A stretch of 64,000 bases of DNA from the NCBI GenBank assembly GCA_000934665.2, contig KZ538002.1, positions 1-64,000 on the forward strand. Direction: 5' to 3'. This document shows, piece after piece, positions 53,001-63,998 of the stretch (position 1 is the first letter of the stretch; each line of letters opens with the position of its first letter). The DNA comes from Catajapyx aquilonaris. Its lineage: Eukaryota. The position numbers and the translations under genes are program-made. The notes beneath the pieces were generated by a model, which was given only the letters and a program-made list of their open reading frames with translations, searched no databases and had not been told where the DNA came from.

Positions 53001-56000
53001 CAAGATGAAGAAATCCAACATTTCAGACTCTAACAGTAATTCAGAACCAAAATGTGTTCCTTACCAAACCCACCCTCTTTCACACCCTCTCACCCACCCA
53101 CTACCAGGACTCGTCCCCTTTCAACCCTTACATTGGACTTGATTGGGAGTGGATGACATTCAATGTGGACCTTCTATTAAATTGGCAGACAAGAGCATAC
53201 CAGACTCCTTCCCGATCATTCAGTAACTCCATCCTGACTCATGCTGGAAAGTGACTATAGTGTGATAATAACAAAGCGCCTTCTCAAAATAATATTCCCT
53301 CAGCGCACTTATTCCAATGCCATGCATTAGTAAGCCTGCATGCCCGTCGCTAGGTTGCCCAGCATCAATTGCTACCAGTAAGCAGTGGCAACAATATAGA
53401 AAGAACGCTAAGCACTCTCCATATGCTGATGTCCAAACACGCCCAGTTACCAGGTAACGCCAAAGCCATTGTTTACATTTATGATATGCTATTATGCCCA
53501 GTGGAAAAATGCCCTTAATTACCATTTTAACTAGTATCTAGTAGCAGACTATCAGGGATGGGGAGTGGGAAACTCTCGGGCCCTAAGTCTGGCGAAAGTG
53601 AAGGATGAGGTGAAGGACAAACATTTGTGTGGAAAACTCCTGCCAAAGGACTAAGCTGGGGACCGGCCCAGGATGAAATGTGATTGGGGAACTACTGCTT
53701 TTGGTAGAAGGGGGAAAAGTGGTCCATGCTGGAGGGTACTGGAGGGGAAGATTTGGGGTAGGGGGAATCAACCTTTGGTTCTCCCTCCCTCAAATGTTGT
53801 TGGAATGGGTATACAGGGTGGCCAAGTATCAAGGTCGTTTTTAGTCATCACAAATTTCACCCGAAGTAATTATTTTTGTTGCTTTTTGCATAATGATCAG
53901 GTATTCCCCATTACTTCAAGTGGTCGAATATAGCAGTTGCTATATAACTGAGAACCTGAATCGGGGCACAACAAGCTATGCAAAAATAATAGCTTCAAGC
54001 AAAATATCCTAACTAAAGCAACCCACATACTTGGAGCACCCTGTATAATGGCGTTGAACTGCTCTCATGCCTCTCAATATGAAGCATAACTTAGGAACTT
54101 TTGTCCTATTCAGGAACCCATGGCCTTGAACAGCAATGTCGACATCTCCAAGTATCAGTCACCTGCAACTCAGAAAATAAAGAAGAAGAAGTACAGAAAT
54201 AATAGCAACAGACGCAAGAATGGAAAGTTGAACGGTGAACACGATGAATTACTGCATAAAGAATATGGTATAGAAATGAATGTGACTGAAGACCTGGTCC
54301 AGTTTCTGACCAAAACAATTGCTCATCAGATGGAAGTTAGTAAGTATTTGTTTAGGGAAGTTATGTGACCAAACGTCATGTTTTTTCTGTAGTGGTGTAA
54401 TGTTGAACTAGTTCTTGGAGTTTGTGGTTGCATTACCTTCAGGTGCTAATTTTAATTGCAAATGCAATCTGTGTGGGTTGATTCATAAGTCATTGCATGT
54501 ATTTTTAAAATTCTAAAACAGTTACATGTACAGAGATGACCTTTACTAAGGTTTGAACCTCTGACGATTACAATTTGGTCTGGTATATAGATGGGGCACA
54601 GATCGCAAGGGGGGGCAGTAAACGAAAGGGGATCGTGACCCCCCTACCCAACCATTGCCCTAAGATGGCCTGAACCTGACGCACTTGGAGTGGCAGCTTT
54701 TGCTCATCTAAGTCCAGGTTATTCTCGGCTATGGTGCTGGTGCCATCCATGAGCAGTTGGAGAGAGATGTAGGTATCATTGGCACTCTACCATCGCCCAC
54801 CATCCAACACTGGACCAAAGCTTGCAGGGGAGGGCGAGAGGAACAACTTTTCAACCACTCCATATCTGTTAGACTTCCACAGCATCACTGGAGCTGTTGA
54901 GTGTTGTATGCAGGAAACTTGGCAATGGGCAACAGTGGTACTTGGTTTGAAGTATGGGACTAGTCAGAGCACTATTGTTAGGACTCTGAAAGTCGACTCA
55001 TCTGAAAATCTCCAGTGATGAAATGATGTAGTGGTGGTCTACCAGATCTGGAGTGGTTGAGGAGTCTTTTCTTTCTCTCACCCTCTGCTGAAAACTTTGG
55101 CCCAGGGTTGGAGAGTGGGCAATGACAACACTCCCGAGAATAACCTGGACTTTGATGAATGAACACTGCTCCTTCTACCTATCTGCCACAAAAAAATTAT
55201 TGTTCGGCTTGTGTCAGGTTTACAGCCCAGACACCATATCCATTAGGAAACAGTACCAGCAGATTTATTGACCTTTTGCATCGTAGTTTTTAGTGGGTTT
55301 TAAGTGGGGGAAGTGACTAGGGACCCCAGAATTAATTCCTCAATCTGGACCAGAATGCAGGTGGGATCATTGTTATCCCTCAGGCCGAGGCGTACGTTGC
55401 CTCGGTTACAAACAAACACGCCAGCTCAATAACGTGTCAGGCCACAATGAAAATTTTCATTGTAGGGGCCATACAGTACCATTTGAGCGCTTGGGCCCTA
55501 TATCCAAAAAGGGGGTCATGCTCCACATTTAATTGCTAATTACTCGAACGTGCTTGAGAGGTGAAGCTTGTGATTTTCATCTGGCCACAGGGGAGGCGCA
55601 AGTGTGTTTATATTTTTAGTGCTTCATGTGGCAGGGGAAGGGGTACGCTAGCGTACCCCTTCCCTGACAAGGTTAGGTTAGGTTGGTATAGCGCTATACC
55701 AACCTAACCTAACCTAACCGAGGGCGACACGGTGGCCGAGTGGTTAGCGCCGCAGCCTTCCACCTCTAAGGTCCCGAGTTCTTTCCCCAGGTTGGACGGA
55801 GGATACTTATGTGGATAGAGTTTCGATGGGTTCTGTCCATGTTCACGTGGGTTTTCTCGGGGTTCTCCCGTTTCCTCCCGCAATCAAAATCCATCACAGC
55901 GCAGGCAATGATTAAAGTCGGGTATTTAAAAGATGATCCCCTAAGAGGCCCAAGGAGGCCTATCATGGGGTATCATTATTATTATTATTACCTTACCTAA

Positions 56001-57620
56001 CCGTCCTTCCTTGCGGATAAAGCCTTATCCTCAGTGAATACAGCCCTGATCCTAAGGGTTACACTGTACCAACATAACCTAACCTTCCTTCCTTGCGGAT
56101 ACAGCCCTATCGTCAGTTAATTTTGTTGCCAACCTCCAGAATTTTCATTGTTGACTTACGCATGTCACAGGTTGGAGGTAAGTTGGCGTCCTTGGAGTGT
56201 TTGTTCATAACCAAGGCAACGTATGCCTCGGCCTGAGCGATAACACTGATCCCGCCTGCATTCTGGTCCAGCTTGAGGATTTAATTCCAGGGTCTATAGT
56301 CACTTCCCCTACTTAAACCCCACTCAAAACCACAATACAAAAGGTCAGTAATCCGCTGGTACTGTTTCCTAATTGATATGGTGTCTTGGCTGTAAACTCT
56401 ACTTCAGCCTGCAGTTCTGGAGCAGAATCATCCAGTGATGTTTGGGAGGAATCCTTTTCAATCTAATTCATCAATTTGTAGTTTTATATTTATATAGAAG
56501 TGAATTACTATGAGATTGGTTAATGCTTGTAAGGTGTACCTGGCTGTAGTATCATGGGCACATCATGAGGGGTTCCAGAGACTTTCATGCGATACCAGTG
56601 ATCCTTTGCTGTAACTCTTATGTCCCATAGAGTACATGAATATTGTGATGTCTTACTGCACCTTCACATTGGAGCAGAGATGTGACTGTAATTACAGTGA
56701 AGTCCTTAGAGCCCCTCATGTTGGAACATCTTCACTTTATGACCATGATAATCAAAGAACGGATTTCTAAGTTCTAAAAAACCCTCAAATAGGTAGGCAT
56801 TTAGGTCCTGAAAACAGTTAAAATTAGGCTCTTAAATAAGCACTAAAAATCAAGCAGGTCCTAATTTATTTTCAGTCCCATGCAGCCTACTCTTGGCCAT
56901 GTAATTTTTTTATTTGTTTTATTTATTTATTTTACCCAGGGAGGCGTGGTAGTCTAGTGGTTACGCCACTGGCTAGCCAAGCGGGAGGCCGGGGTTCAAA
57001 TCCCGTCCCCGTCACCTCTGCTTGGTCGGGTCTTTTTCCACTTTTCACCCGACACGCCGGGGCAGCATTGCACTTCCTTAGCTGCCCGGGGCCAGAGAAA
57101 AGGTCTGGTGTATCTGAGAGAGTCGTGAGTGACTATAAACCGAGGATGCCCCCCCTTGGGAACCTTCCCCTCCCCCCAAAACGAGCCGAATGGCTCGAGC
57201 ACGGGGTAATAATTTATTTATTTTACCCCATTGCATTGGGAGAATCAGTGCTCCATTAGGGGGGTGGAATACCACCATTTTACCACTCAATTTTTTCTGA
57301 AACTTTCACGCATGGATGGGACCAAGGATAGGGAAGGAAGGAAGCGGCTGTGGCCTATTATACGGAAGCGACCCCGGAATTATCCTGGGGAGACCGTGGA
57401 AAACCACAGAAATCCATGGTCAGGATTGCTGGCCCTGGGAATCGAACCCAGGACCTCCCGATTAGCAGTCGGACTCCTTGACTACTCCACCAACCTGCTT
57501 CGGTCTTGGCCATGTAATTTTGCAACACAGTAACAATTTAGCAGTTGTTCCATATTTTAGTTATTGTTATTATTATTGTTGTTGTTATTATTATTATTGT
57601 TGTTATTATTATTATTATTA

Positions 57621-57686
<66 letters not shown>

Positions 57687-60660
57687 GTCGGCAATGCCTG
57701 TGTGACAGTACAACTTTATACACTGAAAATGACCTTTCGACGTCACACAAATGGATCATTCTTGAAAAGCTAAATGTCTTGTACAGCCAGTTCATCCGGC
57801 ATGTCTCTAGGCTACAGCTTCTTCGCTATTCACAGATTGAAGCAGGAGTGATGACTTGAACCGAAAACATGTAAAAACCGCCGAAAATATTACGAAAAGG
57901 CGAAAATAGGTGATAATAAGTCATTTAGGTCCCAATGTCTGAAATAGGCAATATTAGGTTTTATAAAACTTATATTTTTGAGGTCCTTGTGTTATCAAAT
58001 GGATAGATATTTTGGTTCCAGTGTTCTGTGTACAAAATAAAAAGTAGGTAATAACCTAGAAATCCATTCTTTGGTGATAATATATACATGGTGAATTTTT
58101 CAGTAAAATCACAGTTTCTCCACCAAATTTCAAATACTGGTACTGGTTTTGGAATTGATGGGTTCTCTTCATGCTGTGGCTCAATGGTTTTTAATGACAA
58201 CGAGGAATAATTATCACTTCTTATGTGCATTGAATGTGTTAAGTGAAATTATTATGCTCTGTGAAATTCAGAGATGTCATTCACTGTTTTGATTATTATT
58301 ATTGGTGGGTGAAAGGATTCTGCTGCAGTTATTTATGGAAATATAGGGTAGGTGTATTGCATTTTTAAAATGGTACACTCATCATATTGTTATCTTTTTT
58401 CAGAGAAGGCTCGGGAAGAAGAATGCGAGTATGTTAACCTAACTGCCGGTAAGTGCCTTTCATAATCTATTTGAAGGCTGGTAAATACATGCATAGAAGT
58501 GAATTTCTCTCCCCTAATGTAGTGCATGTTGTCCCACATTAATGCTATGAATGGCAAAATGACTTATGATAAAGCAACAGGGTCAGTTGTGACATGTTAA
58601 ACCAACCACAAGGAAGTTGTTACAACTGTCCCCATTGATCTTGTAAATATGCTTACTGTTCTTTTTACTTTGTGCATGCTTTGGTCATCCACACCGTCAG
58701 TGTGACCCCACTAAAGGAACCTTTCTCATGATACCAAGGACAGATCCAGTATACCTCTACTCTCCGCATAATCACTTGATTACTGCCACCTAAAAAGTTG
58801 GGAACATACCTTAATATTGGTTTTTTGCATGTAGAAGGACAAAAAACCAAAAAGGAGTAGCCTAAGTTTTGGCTTGGCTTAAGAGGCCATACTGGCACAC
58901 ATGGTGTGTGAGTTTTAGCACCAGGGATTTCCAAATGTAGCTACTATTGGCAATGTTACAACTGAAGATAATTTTTTTAAAATGTAGCCACTTCCACCCC
59001 TTAAATGGCCATGATTTACATAGAGGTTTTTGGTTTTTCTTTAAAATGCATTCAATAATGATGATTTAGGTGTGAATTCCCTATACAGGAAGTACCCTTT
59101 TTATGCCATTAATTGGTTCCAGCAAAACACGTCATAAAGTGAATCGCCGTAAAACAAGATAAAATTATCATGTAAGTAGGGCCTAAATGAGATATGTTAC
59201 AAAATTTCCAAAAAATTTCTGTAGGCAGTACTAATATTGCTGTTTTTAATGCCGAATATTTGAAACATTGATTAATGGGAGGTTCCAGAGGGTCATCGAG
59301 TTCTGAGGCCTCCTTTCCTTATCCTGGCAAGAACTGCAGTACACGTTGCGTATTTAACAATGGTTAGAGTACTTCGGGAGTGCCGAGACCAACAGTACGT
59401 TACTGTATATCGATAGAACCTGCCACAAGACACCAGGAAAAACAAAAGAAGAGTCTTTACAGGCCTTTACGGTCATGTGTTTGGACTCAGAAGTGTTGCA
59501 GTGATGTGTTTATGTTTAGATTGTGTTGTTATCTTCAAAGGAGGAGGCACAAAATATATGGGCGAGTGGCCTTCCGTTCGATTTGCTTGAAAATTGGATA
59601 TGTTGTAGCCCAGACCATCCTGATCAATGTTAGATAGGGACATTTCGAGATATAGGACCTGCAGGGAGCATGCTAATTGCTATTCATCGAAGAGGCTAGA
59701 AGACTGCTGTGAGAGAAACCTCGCTTCCTTACACTGACCCAATGAATGTTGAAGTGCAGCTGGAGGAAACTCCAGATGACAACCTTCAAGTAGTAGAATT
59801 TGAACCAGATGAACGGGTAATAAAGATTAATAGATAATTTAATGCAATAACCATTGAGTTCCTGAGACTTATTGTAGTCTACTACTCCCCCTATTACCTT
59901 CAGAGGTCATTAGCATGCTCCCTGTAGGTCCTACCTCGAAATGTCTCTGTCCAACATTGATCAGGATGGTCTGGGCTGCAACATATCCAATTTTCAGCCA
60001 AATCGAACGGAAAACTAGATCATATCCCATATGACCTTCGGAGGTCAATAGCACGCTCCCTGTAGATCCTACCTCGTAATGTCCCTATCTAACATTGATC
60101 AGGATGGTCTGGGCTACAACATATCCAATTTTCAGGCAAATCGAACGGAAGGCCACTCGCCCATATATTTTGTGCCTCCTCCTTTATCACGTTTACAATA
60201 AAAAAATTTCAAATGTAATTTTAAAACCGGCGGGGCGTTAATGTGAAACAGCTTAAAATGGAGCTGTGTCAAATGGGTACTTCCTGTATCTTGCTTTATT
60301 TTCAACATGTCACAAGAACTTATCCAACTTGGGTTGGCACAGTACGTTGTTGCACAAGGTGACAGCATTTGTCATTCTATTTTGTTAAGAAGTGACAGTA
60401 ATAGCTTTCATCATGGTAAGCGTTACTGAGAGTAATAAGGCTCTTTGGTTCTAGATGTACCTGTTACGGAGAATTCCGAGTTTTGTCCAAAGGAGCAAGT
60501 GGGAGCAGAACGATTGGCTGAGAGGAAGGCTCTCTATGGAGCATCTTGCCAAAAAATCCTGGGACTAGAAACTGCTCTGCAGATGAACTTCACTCATAAA
60601 TGCAGACAGAATCGGGCAAAATTGTGGCCAAACATTCCGCTTAAACTGACGTTTTCTTAA
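50003..60660 (+). CDS. GEMIN8: Gem-associated protein 8 (SMN complex component), ~277 aa
   Basis: Exons 50003-50154 (tentative first exon), 51497-51701, 54114-54339, 58404-58448, 60455-60660, all phase-compatible. Contains the FDRYWSHY..VMDW..KH block, EMNVTEDLVQFL..T..H, and the Gemin8-type C-terminus ERKALYG....ILGLETALQMNF.......LWPNIPLKL. Confidence 0.85.
50387..51186 (+). mobile_element. Internally deleted Tc1/mariner element
   Basis: TIR CAGGGTGATTCTTATAGA / TCTATAAGAATCACCCTG; remnants KLGVWCSISG, YFQQD, FLQGYLKERVY, GSHFQHLL. Confidence 0.8.
50805..50901. repeat. Hairpin insertion inside the Tc1/mariner remnant
   Basis: ccaacaagaattgtcgcagcggcag(c/t)gcacgaactaca arms of ~38 bp. Confidence 0.8.
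51799..51995. mobile_element. PIF/Harbinger-type hairpin MITE
   Basis: TTA TSD on both sides; TIR ggtccggttcacacatggccactt / aagtggccacgtgtgaaccaggcc. Confidence 0.75.
52246..52409. mobile_element. PIF/Harbinger-type MITE, same family as 12804-12999
   Basis: Shared gtttacatgtgagc, ctgagtaacc, attgtttgagg and cctcaaacaata segments. Confidence 0.7.
52575..53499. mobile_element. Long-TIR element (~290-bp inverted arms) in Gemin8 intron
   Basis: ~52575-52860 and ~53205-53499 are diverged reverse complements; the ORF track shows near-identical translations on opposite strands. Confidence 0.8.
54790..55123. repeat. Diverged inverted repeat in Gemin8 intron
   Basis: tccaacactggaccaaag...tcaaccactccatatctg...catcactggag versus ctccagtgatg...cagatctggagtggttga...ctttggcccagggttgga. 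Confidence 0.6.
55218..56397. mobile_element. Long-TIR element (~240-bp arms) containing TTAGG/CCTAA repeats and perfect palindromes
   Basis: Arms ~55218-55457 and ~56140-56397 are diverged reverse complements; internal palindromes at 55635-55664 and 55671-55714. Confidence 0.8.
55721..55990 (+). mobile_element. tRNA-derived SINE, family A
   Basis: Homologous to the other family A copies; inserted in a CCTAA tract with TSD cct(a/t)acctaaccg. Confidence 0.85.
56909..57503 (-). mobile_element. tRNA-derived SINE, family C, interrupted by another SINE
   Basis: Head ...gactgctaatcgggaggtcctgggttcgattccc; A-rich tail; TSD TCTTGGCCATGTAATTTT at 56891-56908 and 57504-57521. Confidence 0.75.
56939..57210 (+). 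mobile_element. tRNA-derived SINE, family D
   Basis: A box TAGTCTAGTGG, B box GGTTCAAATCC; flanked by the direct repeat atttatttattttaccc. Confidence 0.75.
57560..57686. repeat. (TTA/TTG)n microsatellite
   Basis: Direct reading. Confidence 0.95.
57690..57790 (-). mobile_element. Transposase C-terminal remnant (hAT-like dimerisation motif)
   Basis: Reads CDVERSFSVYKVVLS, matching the S-x-x-x-ER-x-FS motif. Confidence 0.5.
59535..60186. repeat. Inverted repeat with a tandemly duplicated right arm, in the last Gemin8 intron
   Basis: ~59535-59679 pairs with ~60046-60186 and, in part, with ~59908-60012. Confidence 0.85.
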
Positions 60661-60956
60661 GAAAGTAAAGAAAGTTGGAAACTTGAAACGTGTAAGTTGT
60701 ATTACAACATGGTAGGCAATGACTGGATAATATTTACTGAGAAGAGGACGTAATAATAACCCAACATATTAACTAAATTAAAACTTGTGAAAATAAAGCT
60801 ATCAACAATCCGTCCCACCCCCCACCCATCTCAGACGACAGACACTGAATATTAAATGTAAATATGACACTATGCAATGTGGTACTTCGCCAAATCAAGC
60901 CCCCCCCCAACAGCCACTACTCCGGACGCCCTGGCCACGCCGACATGTATGACACC

Positions 60957-61315
60957 AATAATAAATAATAATAATATGGGTAGTGCGGACCTCCCAACTG
61001 AGGAGGTATTGCACAGACCTTTATTTGTTCTTTTAGGCTTTTGTACAATGTGCACATCTCGTATTGGAACCTTGTTGCGAATCGCCTGGGTCCACGGGCA
61101 GGGTGACTGAGAGGGGATGTGCAATGTCTGTAACTGTACATTTTGTGAACTCCCCCGAGAGGATTAGTCTGTCAGAGATTCCACCCAAGACGAAGGCAGA
61201 GACGACCCAACTCTGCACGAGATGAAGCGGGAGACCCTGGGCTGTGATCGAACCCACGACCCTTCCATCCGTGGACGCATACGTTACCGCAGCGGCAGCG
61301 CCACTCCGCCTCCCC
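60957..61315 (-). mobile_element. tRNA-derived SINE, family B
   Basis: Homologous along its length to 1772-2206, including the 3' end and ATT-rich tail. Confidence 0.8.
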
Positions 61316-61572
61316 ATTGAGAAGAGGACGTAGCTTACTGGAGAGCTGCAAGTAGGATTGGTACTGACTGGAACTAATTACTTGACCTGTGAAGGTGTAA
61401 GTTGGTTGAGGGGGATGTCTGTACATTACAAGCACAAGATAGTTGAAGCGTGAACTATTACCACAAAAATAAATTGATAATTAAATAAAAATTTGGGTTG
61501 TGCCGACCTCCTCTGAGGTATGTCAGAGATCTTTACTAATTAATGTTTATGTTCAATATATCCAGAAACCTT

Positions 61573-61918
61573 GGGGAGGTGTGGTGGCCGAGATGGTAAC
61601 ATCTCGCCTTGCTGAGTGAAAGGTCCCAGGTTCGATCCCCGCCTGGGGAACTTCCTTTCACCTGCGTCGGGAGGGTCTCTGACCTGCACCTTGGAGGTGT
61701 CTGGCAACCTAACCTCCTGGGGGACTGCACATGGCCCAAAGGTGTAAGACATTGCACCTGCCCAGTGTCCCCCTCCCCAACAATCCCTATCCTTTCCCAA
61801 TGTCCCTGTTTCCCTGCACTGGAGAAGAAGCTGAAAAATATATAGAAAACTGATGGTGGTGTGCCACCCCCCTACAGATCCCATAAGGGCATCACGGGGT
61901 AAACAAACAAAAAAAAAA
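61573..61918 (+). mobile_element. tRNA-derived SINE, family E
   Basis: A box TGGCCGAGATGG, B box GGTTCGATCC, A-rich tail, TSD TCCAGAA(A/G)CCTT. Confidence 0.8.
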
Positions 61919-62547
61919 TCCAGAAGCCTTTCTTAGACTTTTTCTCATCATCGAAAAAAAGTTATAGAACTGCTGTCTGTCCATCTTGGTCATTTCCTGC
62001 CAGCTACTCCCTGACCTACCACCACCTCTCCTCAATGCATGATCTTCCAACTTATGGCATCACACATCAGTGTTGAAGTACTGGATTTTTTGAAAGCAGA
62101 AAAAAATAAAATGAAACATTGATTCTTTATAAAAATGGTAAACAATTCGTCTTTATTACAAACTTACAAAAGTAGAAAAAGACTTTACAACATGCTAGAG
62201 GCAGTTAAAGTTAGGAAAACAATGATTGTCATGTAATGCTTTGAAGATTTCACTGCATATGACTTGAATTGCAGGGAACACATTAAGAATTGGCTAACAT
62301 ATATTACATTTTCTGACCCAGTGGGGCATTGTTATCTGCCATGGTAAAAAAAGGCACGAGATTTGAGCAAAGGCGATGATGTTTCTGAGAACAACAGGCT
62401 CTATACACAAAAATGCAATGTCTGTACAAAAGGCTATTTTGATTCCACACTGTACACCAATCACTTTCACACACACACTTATCACAAATAAAAACAAAGG
62501 GTACCCATATGGCATCTTGAAATACATATTGTACAATATTCACATTG

Positions 62548-62738
62548 TCATATCCTGAGTTCAGCTTTGAAACCATATGACACTGCCAAGCTAATTAGTC
62601 TAGTGGCATTGGTTTAGGCTCTAGGATGGTGTAGGGCACCACCAGTGGCATGGAGGAGCGCCGTTGAGGTGGGGGCTGCCCCTGGGCCGACCAGCGGTGA
62701 GATTGAGGGTGACCATGTTGCCAGGGATGACAATGATG
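62548..62738 (-). pseudogene. Tandem degenerate duplicate of the last ~64 codons of dachsous
   Basis: Aligns to 62739-62932. Translates SLSSLATWSPSISPLVGPGAAPTSTALLHATGGALHHPRA*TNATRLISLAVSYGFKAELRI*, with one internal TAA and a 3-nt deletion. Confidence 0.85.
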
Positions 62739-63998
62739 TCATATCCTGAGTTCAGTTTCAGAACCAGATGATGTCACAACAGAGCCAATTAGTCCAGAAG
62801 CTCTGGTTTTGGCTCGAGGATGATGTGGGGTACCACCAGTGGCATGAAGGAGTGCTGCCGAGGTAGGGGCGGCTCCTGGGCCAACCAGAGGGGAGATTGA
62901 AGGTGATCGTGTTGCCAAGGGTGATAATGATGGTGAAAAGCTTGGGGATAGAGCTGGTGCAAAGCTGCATGACTCGTGCGATATTGGTGATCGCGGCAGC
63001 AAAGATGGAGGCACTGGATGACTAGAGCCTAGTGGAAGATGTGTTGGCGCCACATTTGTCAGCAGAGGTGGTGGCACTTTGCTACGCTTCTGATACACCT
63101 CAGTATCATCTTTCAAACGTGCAATCTCTGAAAACACATGAGCCAGTGGTTGAAACTGTGGACCCCAATCAAGCAAGTAGTCCCAACTGTAGCTGCCAGT
63201 AAGCTCTTCTTCACTATGGACAATGGAACTCAAAGAACCAGTCATTGAGGGTTGAGAGCTGCCTTTTGTATACATTAAGGCTGACATGTCCATGTCTGCC
63301 TCTCCACCACCTTCGTCATCAAACATGTGCATGCTCTCAACACTGCGTACAACCTCACGCTGTTTTGTCTCAATGCCTAGCCGTGCTAAGTACTCCTGGG
63401 TGTTGTGAACAGATACGTCGGACATGTCATCCTCATCTGGCATCCCAGAATCAGGCAAGCGCTGCTTCTGCTGTAAGAGATTGCCTTCGTTGATCATTCT
63501 AATCTCCTCATCTTCTACATCATCACCATCTTCTGCTGAACCACGTCCACTGGAAGCTGACTGGCTCTGCTCTGACATCTCGGATGTTGTGTTGCCATGA
63601 TGATGGTGATGGTGGTGGCGTGCATCTGCACCCGACTCATACTGGATGTCTCCATAGGTTGGTGGAGGGTAGGGTGCAGGCGCACCACGGAGGTCAATTG
63701 TATCAAATGAGGCATCAAATGACTCGGCCATTGCTGGCTTTGCACCATGGCGTTTGTTACGTATGTGTATTACCACAAATGCAATGCCAAATCCAATCAC
63801 AAACAACAAGAGAGTGATCAGCAAGCCCACAGCCCAATCAGCCATTCCAGAACCAGCACTGGCACCAACTGGTGCTGCAGCTTCTGCACCAGGTGACTCT
63901 GATGGTGCTGCATCCAGTGATATTTCAGCAACAGCCATATTGGACATAGAACCTGGCTTGCCTGAGCTTGCTATGATCACCAGGCTGACATCAGACAG
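62739..63998 (-). CDS. ds: Dachsous atypical cadherin, terminal exon (TM segment and cytoplasmic tail), 5'-partial
   Basis: The frame is open to the window edge. TM helix WAVGLLITLLLFVIGFGIAFVVIHI, then Dachsous motifs SSGRGSAE, DEEIRMINEG, GSLSSIVHSEEELTGSYSWDYLLDWGPQFQPLAHVFSEIARLKDD and C-terminal ETELRI. Confidence 0.9.
   Translation of the reverse strand: MSDVSLVIIASSGKPGSMSNMAVAEISLDAAPSESPGAEAAAPVGASAGSGMADWAVGLLITLLLFVIGFGIAFVVIHIRNKRHGAKPAMAESFDASFDTIDLRGAPAPYPPPTYGDIQYESGADARHHHHHHHGNTTSEMSEQSQSASSGRGSAEDGDDVEDEEIRMINEGNLLQQKQRLPDSGMPDEDDMSDVSVHNTQEYLARLGIETKQREVVRSVESMHMFDDEGGGEADMDMSALMYTKGSSQPSMTGSLSSIVHSEEELTGSYSWDYLLDWGPQFQPLAHVFSEIARLKDDTEVYQKRSKVPPPLLTNVAPTHLPLGSSHPVPPSLLPRSPISHESCSFAPALSPSFSPSLSPLATRSPSISPLVGPGAAPTSAALLHATGGTPHHPRAKTRASGLIGSVVTSSGSETELRI

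Noticed and set aside
52546..53525. Two similar ~100-aa ORFs on opposite strands
   Set aside because: They are the arms of an inverted repeat; the same holds for the ORF pairs at 20265/21352 and 59380/59869.
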